NCBI GenBank assembly: GCA_965662235.1 | Contig: CBFIGY010000002.1 | Span: 160,001-224,000 of the forward strand | Source: an uncultured bacterium | Lineage (GTDB): Bacteria > SAR324 > NAC60-12 | Length of the DNA stretch: 64,000 nt | Direction: 5' to 3' | Shown: positions 20,621 to 30,582 of the stretch, one piece after another | Numbering within the stretch: position 1 is the stretch's first letter | How the letters are laid out: every line of letters starts with the position of its first letter | The notes under the pieces: model-generated | Database searches by the model: none | Told to the model about the DNA's origin: nothing | What the model saw: the letters and a program-made list of their open reading frames with translations, nothing else | Translations under genes and position numbers: made by a program

Positions 20621-20847
20621 GGTCACCCCACCTCTCCTCTGGCGATCCGTCTTGGATCCGTTTATGATGAAGGGGCCTTGTGAAAGGCCTCAACCGCACC
20701 CACCGGGGGCCCTGCGTTCCTGCGCTTGGCACGGTCCCCCGGTGGATCACCGATCAACCTCATCCCGTCCACGTTTCATCTCACTCAAGGCTCAGTCCCT
20801 CCGATTGGGCCCGGTCACCCTCTCGTCTTTCAAGAAGCAAACGCCTT

Positions 20848-21813
20848 ATGGAAATGGAATACCGCCGCTTAGGTAAAGCTGGAGTGAAGGTTAGCGTTCT
20901 CTCCTTTGGATCCTGGGTCACCTTTGGCAACCAGCTGGCTCTCGACCAGGCCCTCGCCTGCATGGAAGCCGCTCATGATGCCGGAGTGAATTTCTTCGAC
21001 AACGCCGAGGTTTATGCGGCCGGAGAGTCCGAACGCCTCATGGGACAGGCCCTCCGGGAACTCGGCTGGGCCCGGGAGTCCTACCTCATCTCCACCAAGT
21101 TCTTCTGGGGAATTGTTCCTGGAGTCAACACCAAGAACACCCTCAACCGCAAGTACCTTTCTCAGGCCATCGACCGCTCCTTGGAGCGTCTGGACCTCGA
21201 CTTTGTGGACCTCGTTTTCTGCCACCGTCCGGACCCTGAGACGCCGATTGAGGAGACCGTGTGGACCATGTCTGAAATGGTCAGCAGCGGCAAGGCCCTG
21301 TACTGGGGCACCTCAGAGTGGTCGGCCGCCGAGATTGCTGAGGCCTATGACCTCGCCGAACGGCATCACCTCCACAAGCCGGTCATGGAGCAGCCTCAGT
21401 ACCACCTGCTGCACCGAGAGCGCGTGGAGCAGGAATACGCCCCCCTCTATGAGCAGCACCAGATGGGCACCACCATCTGGAGTCCGCTTGCTTCCGGGTT
21501 GCTGACCGGCAAGTACGCCCAAGGCATTCCGGGGGACAGCCGCGCCAACCTCCCCGGGTACGAGTGGCTCAAGGAACGGCTGACCGATCCGGAGGCCCTT
21601 GCCAAGGTGAACCGCCTGCAGGCCATTGCCGACCGCCTAGGCTGCAAGCTTTCGCAGCTGGCCATCGCCTGGTGTGCCGCCAACCCAAACGTGTCCACAG
21701 TGATCACAGGCGCCAGCCGGGTGGAGCAAATTCATGAAAACATGGAGGCGCTGGAAGTGCTGGAACAGCTCACTCCAGACCTGAAGGCGGAAATCGAAGC
21801 CGCTGTCGCCTAA
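20848..21813 (+). CDS. Aldo/keto reductase (Kv-beta/YghZ-like)
   Basis: '[18 protein letters not shown]', 'FFDNAEVY', 'YWGTSEWS', '[13 protein letters not shown]'. Confidence 0.92.
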   Translation: MEMEYRRLGKAGVKVSVLSFGSWVTFGNQLALDQALACMEAAHDAGVNFFDNAEVYAAGESERLMGQALRELGWARESYLISTKFFWGIVPGVNTKNTLNRKYLSQAIDRSLERLDLDFVDLVFCHRPDPETPIEETVWTMSEMVSSGKALYWGTSEWSAAEIAEAYDLAERHHLHKPVMEQPQYHLLHRERVEQEYAPLYEQHQMGTTIWSPLASGLLTGKYAQGIPGDSRANLPGYEWLKERLTDPEALAKVNRLQAIADRLGCKLSQLAIAWCAANPNVSTVITGASRVEQIHENMEALEVLEQLTPDLKAEIEAAVA

Positions 21814-21865
21814 CCCCAAGGGCTTCGTCGGCCTGACGGAGCCGCAACCCTTGCCGTGGAAACGC

Positions 21866-22510
21866 ATGCCGCAACCTGATTGGAACACTGCTCTGCAGCA
21901 ACTGCCCCTAGTCGCTATTTTACGGGGCATCACGCCTGCTGAGATTGACGCTGTGGGGGAAGCCCTCGTCGCCTCGGGGTACTCCGTGCTCGAGGTCCCG
22001 CTCAACTCGCCGGATCCCTACACCAGCATTGCGCGACTGGTGGAACGCTTCGGAGACCAGGCCCTCGTGGGAGCCGGAACCGTGCTTCAGCCTGAAGAAG
22101 TGGAACGCGTGGCCCAGGCAGGAGGACAGCTGATCGTTTCCCCCAACCTCAACGAGTCTGTGGTTCAGGCAACCAAACGGGTTGGACTGACGTCGGTTCC
22201 AGGCGTCCTGACCCCCACTGAGGCCTTCCGGGCCCTTGATGCCGGAGCTGATGCCCTGAAGCTGTTTCCCGGAGACGCCATTTCTCCCAAGGTCTGCAAG
22301 GCCCTCAAGGCCGTGCTGCCTCAGGGAACTGAGCTGATGGTGACGGGAGGGGTCAACGCCGAAAACCTGGCCAGCTTCTTTCAGGCGGGTGCCGATGGAG
22401 TGGGGTTGGGAAACGCCCTCTATGCTCCCGGGAAGGCGGCCGAAGCCGTCCGTGCAGACGCTCTGCGGTTCCGGGAAGCCTATGAGTCTGGGGTCCTTGG
22501 AGGCCGATGA
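21866..22510 (+). CDS. dgoA: 2-dehydro-3-deoxy-6-phosphogalactonate aldolase
   Basis: 'PLVAILRGITP', 'EVPLNSP', 'GAGTVL', 'LKLFP'. Confidence 0.85.
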   Translation: MPQPDWNTALQQLPLVAILRGITPAEIDAVGEALVASGYSVLEVPLNSPDPYTSIARLVERFGDQALVGAGTVLQPEEVERVAQAGGQLIVSPNLNESVVQATKRVGLTSVPGVLTPTEAFRALDAGADALKLFPGDAISPKVCKALKAVLPQGTELMVTGGVNAENLASFFQAGADGVGLGNALYAPGKAAEAVRADALRFREAYESGVLGGR

Positions 22511-23436
22511 AGCGACTTGTTTTCATGGGGACTCCGGAGTGGGCGTTGCCTTCGCTGGAAGCCTTGATCGCATCCGGACACCCAGTGGTGGGCGTGTGGA
22601 CCCAACCAGACCGACCCGTGGGACGCAAGCAGGTGCCCACGCCTTCTCCCGTCAAGGCCTGGGCTCAGGAACAAGGCCTGCCTGTCTGGACTCCCGAACG
22701 CGCCGGAGCTCCGGACAGTCTGGAGGCACTCCAGGAGCTGACACCCGACCTGATCCTGGTGTGCGCCTACGGACAGCTTCTGCCGCAGGCGTTGCTGGAC
22801 CTCCCGCCCTGCGGGTGCTTCAATCTGCACTTTTCGCTGCTCCCCCGGTGGCGGGGCGCCAGTCCTGTTCAAGCGGCGCTGGCTGCTGGCGATGCAGAAA
22901 CCGGGGTGTCGCTGCAGCAAATGGTTTTGAAGCTGGATGCCGGCCCATTGGTCGCCGAGCAGAGGGAGCCGATTGCGCCAGAGGATACCTCTGAAACCCT
23001 AGGAACTCGGCTGGCGACCCTAGGCGGACGCCTGGTTGCAGACACCCTCCCGGCGTTATTGAACCAGACTGCGGTGGCGGTGCCTCAGGATCCAGCGCAG
23101 GTCACCTTCTGTCGGATCATCCGCAAGGAGCAGGGGCAGGTTCTTTGGGAAGAGGACACCGCTCGTCAGGTGGAACGTCGGCTCCGTGCCTACACCCCGT
23201 GGCCCGGGTGCTTCAGCTTTGGTCCGGATGGCAAACGCCTGCAGCTGGTGGAAGTGGAAGTCACAGAGGCTCAGCGTCCTCCAGGAGAGATTGGCCCAGG
23301 GTTTGAGGTTGGAACCGCGGAAGGCGCTCTCAGGCTCCTCAAGGTTCGTCCGGAAGGAAAAGGGGAAATGGCCGCGTCGGCCTTTTTGAACGGACGCGCC
23401 GACTGGGTCGGGCAGAAGATGCAGACCCGAAGGTAG
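22507..23436 (+). CDS. fmt: Methionyl-tRNA formyltransferase
   Basis: 'FMGTPE', 'TQPDRPVGR', 'NLHFSLLPRWRGASP', 'LDAG'. Confidence 0.96.
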   Translation: MKRLVFMGTPEWALPSLEALIASGHPVVGVWTQPDRPVGRKQVPTPSPVKAWAQEQGLPVWTPERAGAPDSLEALQELTPDLILVCAYGQLLPQALLDLPPCGCFNLHFSLLPRWRGASPVQAALAAGDAETGVSLQQMVLKLDAGPLVAEQREPIAPEDTSETLGTRLATLGGRLVADTLPALLNQTAVAVPQDPAQVTFCRIIRKEQGQVLWEEDTARQVERRLRAYTPWPGCFSFGPDGKRLQLVEVEVTEAQRPPGEIGPGFEVGTAEGALRLLKVRPEGKGEMAASAFLNGRADWVGQKMQTRR

Positions 23437-23549
23437 GAAAGGAGCCGGGCGGTTCCGGAGGATGCTCCTGAAGCCACGCTGCCCGTTTTGTTTTGTCTGG
23501 GGCTATGCTACACTCGGCCCACTGTTGATGACCGCTTCAGGATGCCCAC

Positions 23550-24323
23550 ATGCCCACTGTGATTTCGTTTGCCAGCCAAAAGGGGGGCGTTGGCAAGACC
23601 ACGTCTGCCATCCACCTTGCTTCAGCCTTTGCCCTTGGAGGCTACCGGACCCTGCTCATTGACCTGGATCCGCAGGGGTCGGTGCACTCGGCCCTCGGCC
23701 TCAAGGAACGCCCGCACGCCGGCGTCCGGGAGCTGTTTTGCGAAGCCACCACGCCGCTAGAGGCATTGCTGGTGCCCAGTGAGCACGACAACCTTCAGTA
23801 CCTGCTCTCAAACATGGGGCAGCTGACGGAGGAACGAGAGGTGCTGCAAGCGGCCTCCGATTACTACTTCCTCATCCAGCGACTGGAGGAACTTCCGGAA
23901 GATCAGTATGACTTTGTCCTCATTGACTCCCCGGCCGCTGTCAACGCCCTGAGCATCAACGCGGTCATTGCAGCCAACCTCGTGGTTGTGCCGCTGCAAT
24001 GCGAGGCGCTGGCAATCAAGTCCCTGAAGCGCTTCCTCTCCGCCTTCCGGGAGCTGCAGACCAACGTTGAGCCCAACCTCCGCATTGCCGGAGTCCTCCT
24101 GACCATGTTCAACCGACAGATTGAGGCGCACCAGCAGGTGGCGCGGCAGGTGTATCAGGCGCTGGGAGATTCGGTGTTCCAGACGATCATTCCGGAGTGC
24201 CCGAACATTCTGGAAGCAAGTGCGCTTGGGGTGGATGTGATCCGGCAACGGCTCAACTCCGTTGGCGCCACCGGATACATTCGGTTGGCTAACGAACTGC
24301 TCGATCGCTTTCAGCTCCGTTAG
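23550..24323 (+). CDS. ParA/Soj family ATPase (orphan, no parB)
   Basis: Deviant Walker A 'QKGGVGKTT', 'IDLDPQG', 'IDSP', 'VPLQCE'. Confidence 0.9.
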   Translation: MPTVISFASQKGGVGKTTSAIHLASAFALGGYRTLLIDLDPQGSVHSALGLKERPHAGVRELFCEATTPLEALLVPSEHDNLQYLLSNMGQLTEEREVLQAASDYYFLIQRLEELPEDQYDFVLIDSPAAVNALSINAVIAANLVVVPLQCEALAIKSLKRFLSAFRELQTNVEPNLRIAGVLLTMFNRQIEAHQQVARQVYQALGDSVFQTIIPECPNILEASALGVDVIRQRLNSVGATGYIRLANELLDRFQLR

Positions 24324-25315
24324 CGTTTCTTGCCGCGGTTCAGCTGAAAGAGCTTTCCGCGGACCTCGCCGAGCAGTTCGTGGATGGGCATGTCTGGGAA
24401 GTCTTCCCAGTCCATCATCTTGAGGATGTAGTGCTTGAGGATCGGACGCTTCAGTTCTCGCTTTTCCCAGACACGGTGAATCTCCTCGTGCTCCCTCGGA
24501 AGGGGGCGCCCGTCAATGTCGCGGCGCAGGAGGTACTTCAGTGCTGATTCCGGATACTCCTGCACAAACTTGATCATCGCCTCAATGGTGATGTTTCCAC
24601 TCCCAAAGACCACATCGGCGTCATCCGCGCTCAACTGAACCAGCCCGAAAGAATCTGCCATTTCATCCAGCGCCTCCAGGTCCTCCTCCTCCGCTTCAGC
24701 AATGGGAGCCAAATCGCCAACACTGAGTGTTTCCGGAGATGCGGTGGGACTGGCGAAGGCTTCCTCGTGCTCCTCGTCTTCCTCATCATCAAGAAGCTCC
24801 GCAGCAGTGGGAGGCTTCTTCTCCGTGGCTTCTACCGGAGCTTCGGAGGCGTCTGCTGGCTCTAGGTCAAAGCCGAGGTCAATGTCCGGACCGTCAAAAG
24901 TATCGTCTGGCGGCGCTGCGGTTTCCACTGGGGCCGAGGCTTCTGTTGGAATTTCTAAGGATTCTGCTTCCGGAGGCGCTTCAGCCGGCAAGGCTTTGGA
25001 GGAACCCTGCACCCGGTTGAACGGCGGCAGGGGATTGGAAGGCACGTAGGGCGGGTCAAGGAAGCGTCCTGCACGACGCAATTCCTCATACTCCACTGCA
25101 GGGTCCCGCGGAGTTGTGTCCGCAATGGCCGCAAGGATCTGTCCGGGGGACACCCAGCCAGCCTGATGCGGCAAGCGCCCCTTCAGGCGGGTCCGTGCGT
25201 ACTGACGGGATTCTTCTGAGAGCTTTGAGTAGGGAGATCCGGAGGAGGTTGGAAGGTACTGCTTCCAGAACTCTTCTAGCAGGGTTTCCGCCTGAAAGCT
25301 GGAAAGACCCATCAC
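24320..25315 (-). CDS. Hypothetical protein with long acidic low-complexity linker
   Basis: 331-aa ORF overlapping the flaG-like stop by 4 nt; helical termini flank an E/D/P/A-rich middle. Confidence 0.7.
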   Translation of the reverse strand: MMGLSSFQAETLLEEFWKQYLPTSSGSPYSKLSEESRQYARTRLKGRLPHQAGWVSPGQILAAIADTTPRDPAVEYEELRRAGRFLDPPYVPSNPLPPFNRVQGSSKALPAEAPPEAESLEIPTEASAPVETAAPPDDTFDGPDIDLGFDLEPADASEAPVEATEKKPPTAAELLDDEEDEEHEEAFASPTASPETLSVGDLAPIAEAEEEDLEALDEMADSFGLVQLSADDADVVFGSGNITIEAMIKFVQEYPESALKYLLRRDIDGRPLPREHEEIHRVWEKRELKRPILKHYILKMMDWEDFPDMPIHELLGEVRGKLFQLNRGKKR

Positions 25316-25647
25316 GCTTTTGTCCGATAGACCATTCCCACTTCTTGGAGCATGGGACCTGTTTTGAGGATCTTTTCAGCAGGGTACTGCTGCAGAGGGC
25401 GACCTTCTTGCTGAAGCTGCACCATGATTTTCCCCGCATAGTCGATCGGGACAAATTCCATGTTGCGCGTCCGGGGATTCCGTTGCAGGCGTGCATTGGC
25501 CTGGCGGATCAGGTGATCGACGCGGATGCGCTCCAGCCGGGGGCTTTCTTCAGATTCGGGAAGGCGTTCGGCGCCCGCTGGCATCACGGCCCGTGGTTCG
25601 GTGATGACGCCTGGGGAACCGATGCTTCCCACGCCTTCGGTGTTCAT
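25312..25647 (-). CDS. flaG: FlaG-like flagellar protein
   Basis: C-terminal 'MEF...GKIMVQL...PLQQYPAEKILK....EVGMVYRTKA' resembles the FlaG 'VIRQIP.EE.L...G...D.KA' pattern; flagellar context. Confidence 0.6.
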   Translation of the reverse strand: MNTEGVGSIGSPGVITEPRAVMPAGAERLPESEESPRLERIRVDHLIRQANARLQRNPRTRNMEFVPIDYAGKIMVQLQQEGRPLQQYPAEKILKTGPMLQEVGMVYRTKA

Positions 25648-26082
25648 CTAGACCTTGGTGTTGCGTCGCAGGTTCATCAAACGTCCCACTCGCGACTGGT
25701 TGGGCTGAACATAATTGATGTGGCTCCGGAGGCGTCCCATTTCCTTGGAGAGGCTCTGTCGCATCTCCTGCAGGCGGGTCATGAAGGCCTCTTCTGCCTC
25801 TTGAATCTGTTGCAGCAGCGTTTCGGATAACCGGAGCTGGTGAACCTCCTCATGGTTCGGGGAACGAGGGTGGCGTGCCCCCCAGCTTTCCATAAGCTTG
25901 TCCAGCCTCCGGAGCTCGTCCATGAGCTGCTCCTTTTGGCGAAGCAGGAGCTCCAGCTCTGCTTCCACCAATTCCTGGATCGCAAGTTGTTGCTGACCAA
26001 TATCCACCCACTGGCGCAGCAGGTCGTTCTTGTGTTCCAGGATTAAGACTAAGTCTCCATCCGCCAGTTCCTCATTTGCCAA
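25648..26082 (-). CDS. FlgN-like flagellar export chaperone (helical, coiled-coil)
   Basis: All-helical ~145 aa with 'LLRQKEQLMDELRRLD'; probable TTG start overlapping the mnmE end (start uncertain). Confidence 0.5.
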   Translation of the reverse strand: MANEELADGDLVLILEHKNDLLRQWVDIGQQQLAIQELVEAELELLLRQKEQLMDELRRLDKLMESWGARHPRSPNHEEVHQLRLSETLLQQIQEAEEAFMTRLQEMRQSLSKEMGRLRSHINYVQPNQSRVGRLMNLRRNTKV

Positions 26083-27439
26083 TGCAGAACTCCGCGAAAA
26101 TGCGTCCCAAAAGTTCATCGGCGGTGGTTTCTCCCACCACAGAGCCGAGTGCTCTCAGGGCCTGATGCAGGTCCACAGACAGGCACTCTTCTCCAATTTC
26201 ATCCAGCAGGCCCGCTCGGGCGTGCAGCAGCGCTTCCTGCGCCTGCTGAGCCGCTTGCTGCTGCCGGAGGTTGGTGATCCAGACGTCTTCTTCCGACCGG
26301 ACCTCACCATTCATTGCCTTGCGAGCCAAGCGAGATTCCAGCCACTCAACACCTTCACCGGTTTTGGCGGAAATCAGCACCGTCTCAAATCCGGAAACCG
26401 CGTCTCCCCACTGAGGGCGCCCGGCGCTCAGGTCAATCTTGTTTCCCACCACTAGGGTCCGGCGCGGATCTGCTTCTTCCAAAAGCTGCCAACTTTCCGC
26501 ATCCAGGACCTGAGACGCATCCAGCAGCAGTAGCGTCAAATCGGCCTGTTGCCAAGCGTTCCGGGACCGGCGGATGCCTTCCTGCTCAATGGCATCTCCG
26601 GTGGTTCGGATGCCCGCCGTGTCCACGAGCTGAAAGGCCAGCCCCCGGATCTGCAGACGCTCCTCAATGCTATCCCGTGTGGTCCCGGGGATGTCCGTGA
26701 CGATGGCCCGTTGCTCACGGAGCAGCGCATTCATCAACGAAGACTTCCCAACATTCGGAAGCCCGATCAGAGCAAGGGTCAGTCCTTCCCGCATTCGCCG
26801 GCCCTGGTCGGCACTGGCCAGCATCTGGTCCAGTTGTTCCAGCGCTTGGTCCAAACGCCTCAGGCAATCCGCCTTGTGGGTAAAGACCGTGTCTTCCTCC
26901 GGAAACTCAATGCTGGCTTCCACCAACGCTGTCACCTGCGCAACCTGCTCCCGGATGCGGTCAATGGCAGCAAACAGCTTCCCCTTGAGCTGATGCACCG
27001 CGACCTTGCGGCCCGACTCCGACTGGGCGTGAATGAGATCCGCCACGGCTTCCACCTGAGTCAGGTCCAGCCGTCCCTTCAGGAAGGCACGGCGGGTAAA
27101 CTCTCCAGGCTCGGCAAGACGGATTCCCTGATCCAGCAGCAGCCGCAGAAGGACCTGCAGCGTCAGGACACTCCCGTGTCCCTGGATCTCCACAACGGTC
27201 TCTCCGGTGTAAGAGCGCGGGGCCCGCATAACGGCAACCAGCACTTCGTCCACCGGTTCTCCAGAAGCCTCCACCATCCAGCCATGCACCAGCTTGTGCG
27301 AAGCCACCTGCTCAAGCGCAGGCCCCCGGAAGCGAGCACTGACGGCCGCAACGGCCTCAGAACCACTCACGCGTATGACGCCCAGACCCGAAGGCTGGAG
27401 AGCGGTCGCAATGGCCGCAATGGTGTCATCCAAACGCAT
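26072..27439 (-). CDS. mnmE: tRNA modification GTPase MnmE (TrmE)
   Basis: 'DTIAAIAT', 'GEFTRRAF', 'GLPNVGKSS', 'GTTRD', 'DTAG', C-terminal 'FCIGK'. Confidence 0.97.
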   Translation of the reverse strand: MRLDDTIAAIATALQPSGLGVIRVSGSEAVAAVSARFRGPALEQVASHKLVHGWMVEASGEPVDEVLVAVMRAPRSYTGETVVEIQGHGSVLTLQVLLRLLLDQGIRLAEPGEFTRRAFLKGRLDLTQVEAVADLIHAQSESGRKVAVHQLKGKLFAAIDRIREQVAQVTALVEASIEFPEEDTVFTHKADCLRRLDQALEQLDQMLASADQGRRMREGLTLALIGLPNVGKSSLMNALLREQRAIVTDIPGTTRDSIEERLQIRGLAFQLVDTAGIRTTGDAIEQEGIRRSRNAWQQADLTLLLLDASQVLDAESWQLLEEADPRRTLVVGNKIDLSAGRPQWGDAVSGFETVLISAKTGEGVEWLESRLARKAMNGEVRSEEDVWITNLRQQQAAQQAQEALLHARAGLLDEIGEECLSVDLHQALRALGSVVGETTADELLGRIFAEFCIGK

Positions 27440-28902
27440 TAAAGCAAGCTGTAGGTGTGGCGAACCGGAATCAAGGCATGTTGCACATCAAGCAGCACAC
27501 GCAGCGCGTTCTCCCGAATCCGGAAGCTCTGAGCCAGCAACGCCGTGTTCGCCTCGGCAATGATCTGCCGCTTGGTGAACTCCGTCAGTTCCTTGGCCAT
27601 GTCCGCATCCCGGACCACGGACTCTGCCTGACCAATGTTTTCCTGAGCCAGCCGCAGCACCACATCATGATGATCCAGCGACTTCTGAACCGCGCCCAGG
27701 TAGCCTCGAAAGGACAGTAACTGATCCGTGGCTTCGTCCACAAGTCGAACCGCATCCATGGCCGAGTTGGGCGTTTCCAAGGAAATTTCCGCCAAACTGG
27801 TGAAGCCACTTCGGTTTGGAACCCCTTTGCCTAACGCCGACGAGTGAACATTGGCCAAGGCGACAGGAAGTTGGTCTCCAGCTTCTGTCCCAATCTGAAA
27901 CCGCAGGGCGCTTTGCCGGACACTGACGGACCCCACAGACCCTGTGGAGTCTCCGAGGTAAGCCACCTGCAGTCCATCTGTGGTCGCATTTCCGGATTTT
28001 CCTGTCAGGTAGACACCGTTCCCGGAAGCCGGTTCATCGTTGAGCGTACCAGCAATGTCTGCCCCGTAGTAAAGTTCCGGGACGTTGGCATCATCGGTAA
28101 GCACTCCGTCTTTGGAGCTGATCAGGGTGAATCCCTTGGCCAGCCCATGCTGCTGGTGCTCAATGGTCAGGTCGTCACCGTCAAAGCTCACATGAAGGTT
28201 CATGTTCGCGTCTTCCACAGCCTGGACCAGCTTGCTGTAAAACATCTCAGCGTTGCTGTTTGGACCATTCCGGACGGTGATGGCGTTGCCATCTTCTTCC
28301 TCTAGCACCAGTGTCAACCCGGCGGCATCATCGTCATCCAGTCCGGCCTCAAAGAAGGCCCGACGGGGCAGACGTGACACATCGACCGCATACCCGCTGA
28401 CAGAAGACGACACGGTGTTGGGACCCGCCTTGACGAAGACGAGTTCGGAATCGTTGGTGACTCCAGCTCCGCCGAAGGAACCGTCCAGCAGGTTCTTGCC
28501 GCTGAAACGCGTGTTTTGCGAAACCCGGTCAATGGCTTCTAGCGACGTCCGGATCTGTCCCTGCAGACCCGCCACGGCGCCCGGATTGTAGGCAGCCGAG
28601 TTTGCTGCTGCCAGGGCCGTCTGCCGGATGCCCAGCAGGATGCGTCCCACCTCACTGAGGGCGTCATCAGCAGTTTGCACCACTGAAAGGGACAATTCTG
28701 TATTTTCCAGCGCTTGTTCCAGACTCGCCAGCTGGGCCCGAAGCTGCTCTGACAGGAGCAGGTTGGCTGGACCATCAGCCGCCCGAGCCAGTTTCGAACC
28801 GGTGGAAAGCCGTTCGAGTGACTTGGAGAGCGCCTTGTTGTTCGTGGCGAGCTGCACCAAAGGATCGGTGGTCAGCGCGTCGTTTCGAATTCCCAAGATC
28901 AT
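27439..28902 (-). CDS. fliC: Flagellin-family protein (divergent, 487 aa)
   Basis: 'SLERLSTG..L.RAADGPA', 'LLDGS', 'FQIG', 'AESVVRDADMAKE'; atypical termini. Confidence 0.85.
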   Translation of the reverse strand: MILGIRNDALTTDPLVQLATNNKALSKSLERLSTGSKLARAADGPANLLLSEQLRAQLASLEQALENTELSLSVVQTADDALSEVGRILLGIRQTALAAANSAAYNPGAVAGLQGQIRTSLEAIDRVSQNTRFSGKNLLDGSFGGAGVTNDSELVFVKAGPNTVSSSVSGYAVDVSRLPRRAFFEAGLDDDDAAGLTLVLEEEDGNAITVRNGPNSNAEMFYSKLVQAVEDANMNLHVSFDGDDLTIEHQQHGLAKGFTLISSKDGVLTDDANVPELYYGADIAGTLNDEPASGNGVYLTGKSGNATTDGLQVAYLGDSTGSVGSVSVRQSALRFQIGTEAGDQLPVALANVHSSALGKGVPNRSGFTSLAEISLETPNSAMDAVRLVDEATDQLLSFRGYLGAVQKSLDHHDVVLRLAQENIGQAESVVRDADMAKELTEFTKRQIIAEANTALLAQSFRIRENALRVLLDVQHALIPVRHTYSLL

Positions 28903-28940
28903 TGGACTCTTCTCGGGAGAAGGTGATTCAACAACAGGTC

Positions 28941-28962
28941 CCGGAGCCCTTAACGGGCTCCG
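28941..28962 (-). terminator. Hairpin downstream of the 304-aa flagellin
   Basis: CGGAGCCC-N5-GGGCTCCG; no long U-tract, so partial read-through is likely. Confidence 0.5.
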
Positions 28963-28980
28963 AAGAGAACGCTACTCCGC

Positions 28981-29895
28981 TTAGGCGTTGAGCAAGCGCA
29001 GGACGTTTTGGGGCAGCATGTTGGCCTGGGCCAGCTGCGCCATGGACGACTGCGTCATGATCTGGTTCCGCGTGAACTGAGCCATCTCAGCGGCCATGTC
29101 GGTATCTCGAATGACGGACTCTGCCGCTGTCAGGTTTTCCTGAGCAACACGGAGGCTCGTCAGGTTGCTTTCCAGAGTGTTTTTCTGGAAGGCTCCCAGT
29201 TCGCCACGCAGCGAAGCGACCTGCTGCACCGCCGCATCCACAAACTTCAGTGCATCCTGAGCACCTGCGGTGGTGGTGACGTCGACGTCGGCCAAGGAGG
29301 TGAAGCCACTGCCGTTGCTGATTTCCTCCACTTCTTTAGTCACTTCGCCCCCGTCTCGGGTGATCGTCACATTGAAGCCCAGGTTCGTGGTGGCCATGTT
29401 GGGCAGTTCCACGGAAACGGTCTGTCCTGCGTTGGCACCGACTTGGAAGGTCAGGCTCGGATTGCTGCCGTCCAGCAGGTTCTTGCGAGCGTACTGGGTG
29501 GTCTCGGCAATCCGATCAATGGCAGACAGTGCGTTTTCGATTTCCTGCTGAGAGGCTTCCCGCATGGCGTCATCATTGACCCCTTCGTTGGCCGCGGCAA
29601 TGGCTTGCTGGCGGACGTCCACGAGCAGCCGGGCGACTTCGTTGAGCGCGCCTTCAGCCGTCTGCACCATGGTCACTCCGGCTTCGTTGTTGCGAGCCGC
29701 TTGCTCCAGGCCAGCGATCTGAGCCCGCATGTATTCCGAAACCACCAGGGCGGCAGGACCATCAGCCGCCTTGTTGATCTTCACTCCGGAAGACAAACGC
29801 TCTAGGCTCTTGGACATGGCCTCAGAATTCTGAAGCAGGTTGCGGTGGGCGACGTTGGCGCTGACATTGTTGTTGATGCGAAGAGCAGCAGACAT
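28981..29895 (-). CDS. fliC: Flagellin (304 aa)
   Basis: 'LRINNN', 'SLERLSSG.KINKAADGPA', 'FQVGAN', 'ESVIRDTDMAAEM', 'AQAN.LPQNVLRLL'. Confidence 0.97.
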   Translation of the reverse strand: MSAALRINNNVSANVAHRNLLQNSEAMSKSLERLSSGVKINKAADGPAALVVSEYMRAQIAGLEQAARNNEAGVTMVQTAEGALNEVARLLVDVRQQAIAAANEGVNDDAMREASQQEIENALSAIDRIAETTQYARKNLLDGSNPSLTFQVGANAGQTVSVELPNMATTNLGFNVTITRDGGEVTKEVEEISNGSGFTSLADVDVTTTAGAQDALKFVDAAVQQVASLRGELGAFQKNTLESNLTSLRVAQENLTAAESVIRDTDMAAEMAQFTRNQIMTQSSMAQLAQANMLPQNVLRLLNA

Positions 29896-30117
29896 AATAA
29901 CCTCTTTATTAATGAGTCAAAAAATTGAAAAACAAACGAAACTTCTTCCTCCTGGAATCCTCTGCATTTCCTCCGATGAAATGCGGTCGTATCGGGAACT
30001 GCCAAGGGCAGCTGCCACCTAAGGAGAGGGTCCACCCCTGATCCTTCCCAAAGCTTTCAAGAAGCGGTGGCGTATTCACACATCTTGAGCCACTCCACGC
30101 CCCACTGCAGTGAGGGT

Positions 30118-30141
30118 GGGACCGCCGTCCATGGCAGTCCC
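30118..30141 (-). promoter_or_regulatory. GGA-loop hairpin in flagellin leader (candidate CsrA site)
   Basis: GGGACUGCC-AUGGAC-GGCGGUCCC; homologous hairpin at 33046-33067. Confidence 0.65.
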
Positions 30142-30200
30142 GAAAGGGAGCGTTCAAAAGCGTTATTCTTGAGGAGACAGGGGACAAACCCCTCTCTTCT

Positions 30201-30554
30201 TCAGCAACTTTTGGTTGCTAAAAGCTGTCGGAGTGCCTCTGCGGCATGCTCCATTCGGGCAGACTCTTGGGCCTGACGCTGTTGGAAAAAATTCTTCAAG
30301 GGTGACCGTCCATGCACCGAGGCATCAGTCGCTTGGACCTCCAGAGAGCGAACACCTCGCCCCCAAGATGGACTGCGCAAGGGCTGCGTCAGCCGGAGCC
30401 GAGGCTCTGCATCAACGCAACGGTCAATGGTGTTCAATGCGACCTGCAACGCAAAAGCGTCTCCACTGGTCGATTCAACGGACGAGTTGCCAGACTCCGA
30501 CGGAGTCGACTCTGGCTGCTTTCCCCCTTGTAGGCTTGGGAAGTCTTGCCACAT
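30201..30554 (-). CDS. Hypothetical 117-aa protein, paralog of 33114-33449, directly upstream of flagellin
   Basis: Shared MWQD.P, AL.TIDR and ALRQLLAT..C with the paralog; synonymous codon divergence; GGAG RBS. Confidence 0.8.
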   Translation of the reverse strand: MWQDFPSLQGGKQPESTPSESGNSSVESTSGDAFALQVALNTIDRCVDAEPRLRLTQPLRSPSWGRGVRSLEVQATDASVHGRSPLKNFFQQRQAQESARMEHAAEALRQLLATKSC

Positions 30555-30582
30555 GGGTTCACTCCAAAAAATGATGAAAGGA

